A stretch of 46,844 nt of DNA from a virus. Lineage: Duplodnaviria; Caudoviricetes. Below the pieces are notes generated by a model, which was not told the DNA's origin, ran no database searches, and saw only the letters and a program-made list of their open reading frames with translations. This document shows, piece by piece, positions 9,799 through 19,247 of the stretch; the stretch's first letter is position 1, and each line of letters starts with the position of its first letter. The DNA lies in IMG/VR virus record IMGVR_UViG_3300020716_000012, positions 1 to 46,844 of that record; one strand, 5' to 3'. The position numbers and the translations under genes were made by a program.

Positions 9799-9812
9799 AA
9801 TATATACATGGT

Positions 9813-10121
9813 ATGAAGAATCTACAAGTTTATGAGTCATTTGGAGAAAGATCTATAGTCCTGGAATCAAGAAGGAAATTAACTATCACCTTTGATGTAC
9901 AAGGAGGTAAAATTAAGAATATAGTTAATAATAGTGGTGTCAGATTCCCTTACCATGAAAACGAACACTATAATAGGAATATAGAAGTGTGGTGTTGCAA
10001 TAATCACTTTACTATGGATGGTGAAGATATGTGTCCAGAAGAAAAAGTTTTTGGTATGAAAAAAAGCCAAGTACCTAAAGGCCATGAATTAAGAACCTTA
10101 TTTCCTAATAAGTTTAGGTAA
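9813..10121 (+). CDS. hypothetical protein with capsid-targeting-like N-terminus
   Basis: MKNLQVYESFGE; AATATATA at 9799-9806 upstream. Confidence 0.75.
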   Translation: MKNLQVYESFGERSIVLESRRKLTITFDVQGGKIKNIVNNSGVRFPYHENEHYNRNIEVWCCNNHFTMDGEDMCPEEKVFGMKKSQVPKGHELRTLFPNKFR

Positions 10122-10370
10122 TCACGTATTATGGACCTTGATATAAGATCCAGTTCTTGTTAATCCATCCCAGCCTAGATCCTCATCAACTTCCAGTCCA
10201 TTATCCTTTCTGAATTTCCATCCAGCTTCTACTGTAGCTGGAACAAATCCATTCGGGCTTCCACAATAAACATGTTCGGGAGTTACTACACCAACTACTA
10301 CTTCCATAGGGTGCCCAGCTAATATTCGAATTACTGTATCCCCTTCTTTTAAATCTGCTAATATCAACAT
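10122..10370 (-). CDS. hypothetical protein
   Basis: 82 aa ORF. Confidence 0.65.
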   Translation of the reverse strand: MLILADLKEGDTVIRILAGHPMEVVVGVVTPEHVYCGSPNGFVPATVEAGWKFRKDNGLEVDEDLGWDGLTRTGSYIKVHNT

Positions 10371-10380
10371 ATAAATAGTT

Positions 10381-10941
10381 TTATTTTCTTCCTGTAAAGT
10401 ATCTTACTTTTTTAACTTGGTCTATTTTAATTTCCCAAGTAGTTGCCTGAACATAATGTAACTTAGAATCGAGGGGCTGAATAATTCCCTCCCACGGCAT
10501 TGCTACATTTTCACCCCTAACCTCCCACGGAAATTCAACTTCCTCGATGGGCATGAAGTCATTTTCCAAAACTGTACACTCGTTGGCTATAGATTCCTCG
10601 TCTCCTGTATTTAAAACTATATGCCAATCATCAAAATCCGTTAATAGAACTTGGGAAGAATCTATTTCTATTTTTAATAGAACACATTTCTTACCAGGCT
10701 GTACGTGATAGCATCTTAGGTCTGGTTTTCCTAGTATTTTCTTATAGCTATACCATGCCCAAATCGGGTGAATCACCCCCTCCGGAGGGGGACCTATCCT
10801 CTTTGTCATTTGTTTTTCTATCCAAGAATACGGTTGTATCCAGAAGGGTTCAATATACGAAGGGTCGGCACGAAGAACACCAGACTGTAAAGCCTGATGC
10901 CACATCTCCTCTGCCTGTATTGACCAGAGGGTTATTTTCAT
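10381..10941 (-). CDS. DUF3841-like protein
   Basis: LWSIQ..YSWIEKQM..PIWAW..KPDLR..VLLTDFDDWHIVLN pattern. Confidence 0.7.
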   Translation of the reverse strand: MKITLWSIQAEEMWHQALQSGVLRADPSYIEPFWIQPYSWIEKQMTKRIGPPPEGVIHPIWAWYSYKKILGKPDLRCYHVQPGKKCVLLKIEIDSSQVLLTDFDDWHIVLNTGDEESIANECTVLENDFMPIEEVEFPWEVRGENVAMPWEGIIQPLDSKLHYVQATTWEIKIDQVKKVRYFTGRK

Positions 10942-10942
10942 T

Positions 10943-11278
10943 TTATTTTAAGTCCTTTATTTTCTTACCGTCACCCAATACTTCTACAACATCCATTTCC
11001 CCATTATCACCAAATGCACCCTTAACTAATTCCCCTGTGTGATAAATCTCTTTGCTCCAAAAAATTCCCTCATCGTCCTTATTTATTATAGACCGATAAT
11101 TATAAACATATTCGGAAGGGGAATCAATTTTCTTTTCGATAACATAGATACTATCCCTTAACTTGGTTAAGCTATCTATATTTTTCGTAAGTGTTTTTGA
11201 GGGAGGAACATCTTTGTATAAAATATCACACGAAGTAAACAAAGATACTACTAATACTATAGGAAGTAAGCCTTTCAT
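10943..11278 (-). CDS. putative lipoprotein
   Basis: Signal peptide with lipobox-like LFTSC. Confidence 0.7.
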   Translation of the reverse strand: MKGLLPIVLVVSLFTSCDILYKDVPPSKTLTKNIDSLTKLRDSIYVIEKKIDSPSEYVYNYRSIINKDDEGIFWSKEIYHTGELVKGAFGDNGEMDVVEVLGDGKKIKDLK

Positions 11279-11280
11279 AT

Positions 11281-11640
11281 CTAATTTTTTATTGGCTCTG
11301 GATCTGTTAATATCCGAGTAACCTCAATTTCTTTATTTTTACCGATTGGTAATCGGGCAAGATCGTTTTTATGGTAAAGTATTGTTGTTATATACTCGAA
11401 GGTATCGGACTGTTTTAGTCCAGAACATTTGTAATAGAATTTCTTGCCCTCTTCGTAAGTAGGTTCTTTTACCGGTTCGGGTCTAATAGTATCATAAACT
11501 TTTATGTGTTCTATGATTGGCGCAGGCTTACTTAGAAGCTCTTTATTTAGCCTATGGTTAGTACACTGTTGTTCGGTTATAATAAATACTGCTAAAACCG
11601 TTATAGCAATTCTTCCAGCATTAGTGAATCTGAGATCCAT
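11281..11640 (-). CDS. membrane-anchored hypothetical protein
   Basis: N-terminal hydrophobic helix; C-terminus resembles 10943..11278. Confidence 0.65.
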   Translation of the reverse strand: MDLRFTNAGRIAITVLAVFIITEQQCTNHRLNKELLSKPAPIIEHIKVYDTIRPEPVKEPTYEEGKKFYYKCSGLKQSDTFEYITTILYHKNDLARLPIGKNKEIEVTRILTDPEPIKN

Positions 11641-11644
11641 AAAT

Positions 11645-11890
11645 TTATTTGTTATTCGTTGTTTTCCATAAACATAAACATGCCATTATACCAGTCCCGA
11701 GAATATAGGCAAATACAACTTTTAATGGATGGCCACACATAACAGAGGATAAATCTAATTGACTACACCCAATTATTCCGTTTCCAATTAAAAATCCCAG
11801 CATCAAAACTATAAGTACGTTAGCTAGTTTCCGGGATTGGACTTCGTTAAGTATTACTTTCTTTTTGGTTTCCTCTTTTGGATCTTCCAT
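11645..11890 (-). CDS. small membrane protein
   Basis: Two hydrophobic segments. Confidence 0.65.
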   Translation of the reverse strand: MEDPKEETKKKVILNEVQSRKLANVLIVLMLGFLIGNGIIGCSQLDLSSVMCGHPLKVVFAYILGTGIMACLCLWKTTNNK

Positions 11891-11909
11891 AATGAAAATA
11901 ATTATTTAA

Positions 11910-11965
11910 CAAAAGTAATAAATTGTTCTTGATAAAAAAAATACTAAATGTTAAAGATTTTATAA
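11910..11965 (-). promoter_or_regulatory. conserved early-type promoter copy 2
   Basis: TACTTTTG at 11910-11917; tgttaaa at 11949 (39-bp offset). Confidence 0.75.
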
Positions 11966-11967
11966 GA

Positions 11968-12258
11968 TTATAATACTTCTATTACCTTGCCGTAAACTTG
12001 TTTCGTCCATCCGTTTATGTGCCCGTGATTGTTTCCAATCTGTAAACCCTGTACATCATTCTTGGCCTTAACCAAATGAGTAAACATACGTCCATGTACT
12101 TTACAATACACTATATCGTCTACATTACAATCTTCCCACTTTTTAACTGGTGCTAATAAGTGTTTTTGTCCTGACTTAATCTTGGGAGTCATGGAATTCC
12201 CTTTCTCTGAGGTCTCAAAGGTCTCACCCTTTTGTAACTTTTCTATTTTCCACTTCAT
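11968..12258 (-). CDS. S24/S26 peptidase-like protein
   Basis: GNSMTPKIKSGQ..DDIVYCKV.GRMFTHLV. Confidence 0.6.
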   Translation of the reverse strand: MKWKIEKLQKGETFETSEKGNSMTPKIKSGQKHLLAPVKKWEDCNVDDIVYCKVHGRMFTHLVKAKNDVQGLQIGNNHGHINGWTKQVYGKVIEVL

Positions 12259-12428
12259 TGTTTGTTGTGTTGTTCATCAGCCTGTAAATAGGTAGCCAAA
12301 ACATACATACTTCGGTCTAATTTATCAAATTGATCCAATAGGGCTTTCATTTTTTCAGGCGCAATCTTAATTTTAGATAAAGCCTGTCCTATTGTCATAT
12401 TTTCTACCTTCGGTGCTGTTTGTTCCAT
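12255..12428 (-). CDS. small hypothetical protein (57 aa)
   Basis: Read manually: MEQTAPKVENMTIGQALSKIKIAPEKMK...; ATGA-coupled. Confidence 0.6.
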   Translation of the reverse strand: MEQTAPKVENMTIGQALSKIKIAPEKMKALLDQFDKLDRSMYVLATYLQADEQHNKQ

Positions 12429-12449
12429 TACAAGTTGATTAGTTGTGAA

Positions 12450-13274
12450 TTATTCTATTGTATGTAATTTTTTAATCTCATCGGAGATCATTTGTTTCAT
12501 TTTATCGTGGTCTAATTTATCAAATTCCTCTTGTGTAAATCCTTTAGACCAAATGGATTTCTTTTTGGAATTATCTCCATAACGTCCACCCTCGTAGATT
12601 ACTATTTTATATTTTATTTCCGAGAGTTGTCCTTCCATAAATCCAGGTTTAAGATGGATATTAAAATAGGCATTCTCGTATAGAAATGCAGTATAAGAAT
12701 AGTGGGTTTTATCAATTTTGACACTAATCTCAAAAATGTCACAATTATAGGAAATTTTAAATTTAGATTCCGCTATTTCTGTTGGCGATAGGGATTGAGG
12801 ATTTAAGACCACTGATTTTTTATCTTTGATGTGGTATCCATCTCTACCAAATGTCTCTCCCCAAACTTTTTCCCTCTGCTCGTATTTTTTTGGTGTAGTT
12901 TTTGACCAACCGTAGTCATTACTAGTAAGAACACTTACTCGTCTAATTGGAACAGGTGGTGCTTTTGGTGGATCCTTTATTAAGTCCCAGCTAATCCCAT
13001 CCAAATGTGTTAATTCTATATAACACTGTCCCATTTTTAATCCCTCCGGATAAATGGATAATTTAACATCTGGCCAATTTCCCCCAGAAACTCTAGCAGT
13101 AAATCCCTCTATTCTTACAATAGTACCCGGATCAATTAATAAACCATTACTACCGATTAAAATACCGGCCTGTTTTAGAGATGTACTATCTCCCAAGGAA
13201 CTTTTTACTACGCACGAGAGTTCTCTTGTTATCCTAATCTTTTGTTTGATTGGAGGTAAGCTTATTGTGCTCAT
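12450..13274 (-). CDS. hypothetical protein
   Basis: 274 aa ORF. Confidence 0.75.
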   Translation of the reverse strand: MSTISLPPIKQKIRITRELSCVVKSSLGDSTSLKQAGILIGSNGLLIDPGTIVRIEGFTARVSGGNWPDVKLSIYPEGLKMGQCYIELTHLDGISWDLIKDPPKAPPVPIRRVSVLTSNDYGWSKTTPKKYEQREKVWGETFGRDGYHIKDKKSVVLNPQSLSPTEIAESKFKISYNCDIFEISVKIDKTHYSYTAFLYENAYFNIHLKPGFMEGQLSEIKYKIVIYEGGRYGDNSKKKSIWSKGFTQEEFDKLDHDKMKQMISDEIKKLHTIE

Positions 13275-13566
13275 CTAAATGTCGTTTAGCGGTTTCCAAA
13301 AGAGAATCTACTGACTCCTCTTTTATAAAACCCATTCTATAAAATATGGTTGCTTGGTACTCTAATGCACCATAGCATGTTTTTTCGGTATTGTGGCAAA
13401 TATGAGAACTTTGTCCTGTTCCTAGATATGCTTGTATTTCTGCCATTCGCTGAGGGGAAAGTATTAATTGCTTGCCATCAGTTCTAAATATACAGGATTT
13501 ACATTTTTTAGTATTACAGTTCTCCCTCGCTAGGAAATTCTCCGTCACCGCTTTTTTCTTTGGCAT
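13234..13566 (-). CDS. Cys/His metal-binding hypothetical protein
   Basis: CKSCIFR..HICHNTEKTCYGA. Confidence 0.65.
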   Translation of the reverse strand: MPKKKAVTENFLARENCNTKKCKSCIFRTDGKQLILSPQRMAEIQAYLGTGQSSHICHNTEKTCYGALEYQATIFYRMGFIKEESVDSLLETAKRHLDEHNKLTSNQTKD

Positions 13567-13792
13567 CCTTTTCTTTTTTTGTCCTTCGGTGTCTTAGATA
13601 ACTATTAAACCAAAGAAACGCATTAAATAACCAAGCCCAGCAAAACATTTCTCCCTCATGAAAATAATGGTAGATAGCAAGCATTACGCACCAAAAGACT
13701 AATAGTATAGCCCATAATGGCTTGTTATGGTGGAAGAATAAAAAAATAATTGTTACCCAGAACATGCCGAGTAACGAATTTAATTCGCTCAT
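13514..13792 (-). CDS. membrane protein
   Basis: Three hydrophobic segments; ATG at 13792 overlaps the upstream TGA. Confidence 0.6.
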   Translation of the reverse strand: MSELNSLLGMFWVTIIFLFFHHNKPLWAILLVFWCVMLAIYHYFHEGEMFCWAWLFNAFLWFNSYLRHRRTKKEKDAKEKSGDGEFPSEGEL

Positions 13793-14082
13793 ATAAGTTT
13801 TGTTGCTTTCAATTCCCTTTTCATTATACCATCCCAAAATTCATTCCACCAATCTATTTCCCGGTAGTTATCTTCTTTGGAATTATAGGCAAATACCCCA
13901 GTTCTCCATTTTCCATCCTTCAAATGGAATATAGTAAAAACGGAATGATATTTTTCATCCACACCCTGGTCAGGATTATTAAATCTATCCAATCCCCAGA
14001 TCAGTTCTTCTGGATCTTGTTCTTTAACTATCCGAACAATAGCATCAAATGTTTCCTCTGGTGTTAAAAGAAATGATGCCAT
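13789..14082 (-). CDS. hypothetical protein (may be the 3' part of a frameshifted gene)
   Basis: 97 aa ORF; see finding at 13789-14222. Confidence 0.65.
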   Translation of the reverse strand: MASFLLTPEETFDAIVRIVKEQDPEELIWGLDRFNNPDQGVDEKYHSVFTIFHLKDGKWRTGVFAYNSKEDNYREIDWWNEFWDGIMKRELKATKLI

Positions 14083-14084
14083 AT

Positions 14085-14222
14085 TTAGTCCATCAGAACC
14101 TTTATTTTTGAATATACCAGGAGGGGATGTATACCTTTCTCGTCAATAGAGATCCGAAGATACTCTAAATATATTTGCTCTATCGTTTTTGTTTGTACTG
14201 GTGTTTCTACTGTGTTTTCCAT
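14085..14222 (-). CDS. 45 aa ORF, possibly the 5' part of 13789..14082
   Basis: Read manually: MENTVETPVQTKTIEQIYLEYLRISIDEKGIHPLLVYSKIKVLMD*. Confidence 0.5.
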   Translation of the reverse strand: MENTVETPVQTKTIEQIYLEYLRISIDEKGIHPLLVYSKIKVLMD

Positions 14223-14232
14223 TAATTATATT

Positions 14233-14472
14233 TTACTTAATGACTTCAAAATGTGCTACTCCGCAAACATAATCATTTCCACTATTATCCCTAATACATC
14301 CATCGGATAAATGTAAATGTCCACGAGCGTTAACAGTTATTGTTTCTGGATCTTTGGCAGGATAATAAACCTTAATGGTATATTCTGTTTTTTTAGGCTC
14401 CCACACAAATATAGTAATTATGGCAAAGGCCCAAACTAATAAAACAATGGTAATTAATATTTTCTTACCCAT
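14233..14472 (-). CDS. small membrane-anchored protein
   Basis: N-terminal TM helix; CIRD..YVC. Confidence 0.65.
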   Translation of the reverse strand: MGKKILITIVLLVWAFAIITIFVWEPKKTEYTIKVYYPAKDPETITVNARGHLHLSDGCIRDNSGNDYVCGVAHFEVIK

Positions 14473-14492
14473 GAGAACAATTATTTATTATA

Positions 14493-14530
14493 CAAATATA
14501 ATGAATTGTTTTTGAATAAAAAAATTTATT
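14493..14530 (-). promoter_or_regulatory. early-type promoter copy 3 (core only)
   Basis: TATATTTG at 14493-14500 plus T-tract/TATTC; no TTTAACA. Confidence 0.6.
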
Positions 14531-14541
14531 TTCACTATTTT

Positions 14542-15099
14542 TTAAAGGAAGATGGGAGTTGGAAGTTTTGGAACGTAGTGTGCTTCGCTTATAAGTGATT
14601 TGATACACTCTGGAATTTTGCCTATTTCTTGGATGGATTCTAACTGTAATGGATTTTTCGAGCCAAATTTATATTTTTGCTCGCCATAGGAAGTTGGAGA
14701 TGTAAAAATTCGCCCTTGGCATAATATATCAAAAGAAATACCATTATAATTATTCCTATACGTATTCTTTTTAAATTCCTCGTTCTGAAAATATATGTGT
14801 AAACCGCCATTCATTGTAGTTTCGTAGAAAAAATCAGAGATTTGTAGTCCGTTGGATTTTAAGAATTTATGAAAAAGGGAAATGGAATTTTTTGTATTTG
14901 CTATATCTAAACAAATTAGGTTACTTTCTGAAATAAAAAGAGCCAAACAATTGTAATCTGGGTCCTCTCCTTCTAATACATCATCATCTATATCCTCTAC
15001 TTTGGAAGCAAACTTAAGCCCACTATTAATCTGATGGAGGTACATCCCTATGACAGGAATACCCAAAGAATTCCATTTTCTTGCTAGTGTTAAGTTCAT
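14542..15099 (-). CDS. stand-alone Prim-Pol (bifunctional primase/polymerase N-terminal) domain protein
   Basis: LICLDI, ETTMNGGLHIYF, FDILCQGRIFTSPTS. Confidence 0.65.
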   Translation of the reverse strand: MNLTLARKWNSLGIPVIGMYLHQINSGLKFASKVEDIDDDVLEGEDPDYNCLALFISESNLICLDIANTKNSISLFHKFLKSNGLQISDFFYETTMNGGLHIYFQNEEFKKNTYRNNYNGISFDILCQGRIFTSPTSYGEQKYKFGSKNPLQLESIQEIGKIPECIKSLISEAHYVPKLPTPIFL

Positions 15100-15131
15100 T
15101 TATATTTTGTATTTTCGCTTCGATCTTATTG

Positions 15132-15174
15132 TATATATCGGATAGCACTAACAAAATTATAGGATATATAAATA
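15132..15174. promoter_or_regulatory. divergent pair of late-type promoter motifs
   Basis: GATATATA on minus (15132-15139) and plus (15163-15170); the plus copy overlaps a perfect T4 late consensus TATAAATA (15167-15174). Confidence 0.6.
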
Positions 15175-15177
15175 ATT

Positions 15178-15720
15178 ATGCGGTACCTCAAAAAATATAG
15201 TGAGTTATTTGAATTTCTTAATACACCTCAGCCAGTTGACTGGAAGCAAAAAGAAGAAGGTATAGTTGGGACATTTACATGTAATGATCATTTATACCAT
15301 ATTTATTTATGGGAACCATATAAAAATACTTATAAAGCTTATATGGAGCATCCTAATATTTGGGAAATAGCATTTTCTATAATAAAAAAAGAAGAGGATA
15401 AAGAGATTGATTCTTATACAACTACCCATTTTAATCAGGGTCGTATAGAAATCCTTTCTACTGTTATTGAGGCATTTGGATATCTTATTAAATTAAAAAA
15501 TCCAAATGCTATTATATTTACTGCCGAGGATTGGGACACCGGAAGATTAAAGACATACAAAGACCTAATGGTATTAGCTAGTAATAAATATGGATTTAAT
15601 CATTACGAAATAACAGGAATGAAAGGAATTGCATATATTTTGTATAAGGAAGAAACGGATAAAAGAAATGTAGCAGATCTAATAGGATTAGATTCCTCCT
15701 TTATTTTCAAAAAATTCTAA
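15178..15720 (+). CDS. hypothetical protein with capsid-targeting-like N-terminus
   Basis: MRYLKKYSELFE; late-type motif upstream. Confidence 0.75.
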   Translation: MRYLKKYSELFEFLNTPQPVDWKQKEEGIVGTFTCNDHLYHIYLWEPYKNTYKAYMEHPNIWEIAFSIIKKEEDKEIDSYTTTHFNQGRIEILSTVIEAFGYLIKLKNPNAIIFTAEDWDTGRLKTYKDLMVLASNKYGFNHYEITGMKGIAYILYKEETDKRNVADLIGLDSSFIFKKF

Positions 15721-15735
15721 CGATAAATATAGATA

Positions 15736-16428
15736 ATGAAAAACCTAAAGAAATTTTCCGATTTTATAAACGAAGCTACCCTCAATATTAAGGATGAAGA
15801 TATTGAGAAAAGTGCTAATATCCTTGCATCTACTTTACAAAAATATAAAAATGTAACAGAGTTACCAAAAGGCTCAAAAAAAGGACCGGAAGTTTCTAGT
15901 TGGTTAAGAGTTGCTGGTGCTGCCCCCGGTAATAATTGGTGTATGGCATTTGTTTATGGGATATTTGATGAAATATCCGGACATCTTGGAATGACTAATC
16001 CATTACCTAAAACTGCAGGTGTAATAGATCACTGGGATAAAGCAGAACCATCATTAAAGATTAATGTTTCCGATGTAAGAAAAAATCCAGATCTACTTCA
16101 GCCAGGAATGGTGTTTATTATGCATAGAGCTCAGGCACACGGACAAAAAAATCTGGGTCATACAGGTATAATAATATCTGTAGACCCAGTTAAAAAAAGT
16201 TTTACTTCGATCGAAGGAAATACCAATGATATGGCATCACATCAAGGGGGTAGAGTAGGTATTAACGCCAGGACACTAGATGATCCATTATTAGTTGGAT
16301 TTATAGACTATTTTAAAGATTCTAGAAATCCAGAATTTAACGAAGCCTTTAATAAGGAGTTAGGTAGTGCTCTTGGGGATGATATAGAAAGGTTAAAGTA
16401 TAAAAATCCAATCACCCATAAATCATAA
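15736..16428 (+). CDS. CHAP-domain peptidoglycan hydrolase with capsid-targeting-like N-terminus
   Basis: NWCMAFV, GHTGII, SIEGNT; N-terminus MKNLKKFSDFINE; GATAAATA at 15722. Confidence 0.85.
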   Translation: MKNLKKFSDFINEATLNIKDEDIEKSANILASTLQKYKNVTELPKGSKKGPEVSSWLRVAGAAPGNNWCMAFVYGIFDEISGHLGMTNPLPKTAGVIDHWDKAEPSLKINVSDVRKNPDLLQPGMVFIMHRAQAHGQKNLGHTGIIISVDPVKKSFTSIEGNTNDMASHQGGRVGINARTLDDPLLVGFIDYFKDSRNPEFNEAFNKELGSALGDDIERLKYKNPITHKS

Positions 16429-16599
16429 CTTTCTTCTTAAACCTGATCTTAGTGGCCTATTATAATTTGATTTCGATTCTAATATAGCAACTCTTTTTTC
16501 TAATTCCTTAATGTATTCCACAAGAAGAATAAATCCTTCTTGTGAGTGCTCCGGGTCTTCTATCAGACCTAATATATCCTTTTCTAATTCCTTATCCAT
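16423..16599 (-). CDS. small hypothetical protein (58 aa)
   Basis: Read manually: MDKELEKDILGLIEDPEHSQEGFILLVEYIKELEKR...; TAATG overlap with the VWA gene. Confidence 0.6.
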   Translation of the reverse strand: MDKELEKDILGLIEDPEHSQEGFILLVEYIKELEKRVAILESKSNYNRPLRSGLRRKL

Positions 16600-18038
16600 T
16601 ACTGAAATTCTGTTTTTACCACACTGTTTATAATATAACTTGTCTTTTTAACCATATCAGATCCTAAACTATTAACAATACAATTATAGTCATATAAATG
16701 ACCAGTATCATGCTGAATACCAACACCAATAGTTACAAATCCATCTCTCCTACATTTTTCTACAATCCTACGAAGATTTTGCCTATCCTTATTACCCCCA
16801 TAGCCGTCTCCACATGGCTCACCATCAGATAGTACAATAAAAATTATATTATCCTCCGTATATTGTCTAACCCTTTCATAGATACACTCTATAACTGGTC
16901 CATCATAATTTTCACCTTTGGCACTCATTTTTCCTATTGCACCATCAAAATTATCATGGTAAGGATCTTTATAAACATAAATTTCTGGATTATAGTTACC
17001 ACTGTGTCCGTAAATAGATAATTTATTTAGTGGAAGTATTTCACTAAATGCCAAATACATTGTCTTTACTACATCAATGGCACATTCAACATTTCTACTC
17101 ATACTACCAGACTCATCAACAAGAATAACTACGCTGAAAGGTTTTGTTGTTTGATTTGGCTCCACCATATAGTATATGTTTAGATTTCCGGCAGGAACCT
17201 CACCAACTTTTCTTGGGTCAAATTTACCAGCCCTTAAGGAATTTATCCTATCAATAGCAGGATCAAAATTAATATCAAGTAATCGTACTAGACTTTTTGC
17301 ATGTTGCTCTTGTTCTTTTGTAAAAAGATTTTTGCTAGAGACCCCTTTAGGGTATATCCATTTAGTACTCTTTTTAAGTTTACCTGTGATATTATCTGGT
17401 GTTATTTTTTCACGTTTTCTGGTTTCTTCTAAAAGCTTACCTAAAACCTCAGCAACTTGTTCCTTTGTAACCTCCTCATTTTGTGCTTTCTTTTCTCGTC
17501 TTTCTTTTCGAGTACAAGTACCACTCAATCCCTTTTCCCCTTCTTTCTCCCCTTCTGATTTTGGCCCCCTGATTTCTGGTGATTTGTCTTCCTTTTTCTT
17601 TTCGTCCTTACTCCCATCTCCTTTTTCGTCTTCATCGGGAAGTCTGGCCATAATATTAGTAGTAAGAATGGTTTCTGTATAGTGTAAGAAAAGAGATCTA
17701 TATTCCCTTTCCTTTTTTACTATTAATTCAAGAACTGTTTTCTGTGCGGTTTTATTACAAATCGCAAATTTCTTTTCCCCAAATTCCCAGAATCCTTTTC
17801 TGGTTTCAATATCAGGATTAGCAGAAAGTATTGAAATTAATCCAAACTCCTTTGCCTTCACCAAAAATATATCAATAAGCTTAGAACCCGAGTAGAAACT
17901 CAGGTCCTTATGCTTATGAATTTCATATTCCACGTCCCAGTCCGTATGGACTTCTGGATGGTCCATGATTAATCCTTTGTAACCCCCATAAAGAGAAGTC
18001 TCCCATTTGGAGGAACTATAAAAATCATTCTTTGACAT
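16599..18038 (-). CDS. VWA-domain (CobT/NorD-like) MoxR partner, copy B
   Basis: MIDAS DESGSM, ENYDG, LSDGEP; GKFDPRKV motif. Confidence 0.85.
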   Translation of the reverse strand: MSKNDFYSSSKWETSLYGGYKGLIMDHPEVHTDWDVEYEIHKHKDLSFYSGSKLIDIFLVKAKEFGLISILSANPDIETRKGFWEFGEKKFAICNKTAQKTVLELIVKKEREYRSLFLHYTETILTTNIMARLPDEDEKGDGSKDEKKKEDKSPEIRGPKSEGEKEGEKGLSGTCTRKERREKKAQNEEVTKEQVAEVLGKLLEETRKREKITPDNITGKLKKSTKWIYPKGVSSKNLFTKEQEQHAKSLVRLLDINFDPAIDRINSLRAGKFDPRKVGEVPAGNLNIYYMVEPNQTTKPFSVVILVDESGSMSRNVECAIDVVKTMYLAFSEILPLNKLSIYGHSGNYNPEIYVYKDPYHDNFDGAIGKMSAKGENYDGPVIECIYERVRQYTEDNIIFIVLSDGEPCGDGYGGNKDRQNLRRIVEKCRRDGFVTIGVGIQHDTGHLYDYNCIVNSLGSDMVKKTSYIINSVVKTEFQ

Positions 18039-18056
18039 TTTGTTTAGTTTTAGGGT

Positions 18057-19217
<1,161 letters not shown>

Positions 19218-19247
19218 AGAATAAATGTTTTATTTGTTTACAATATT

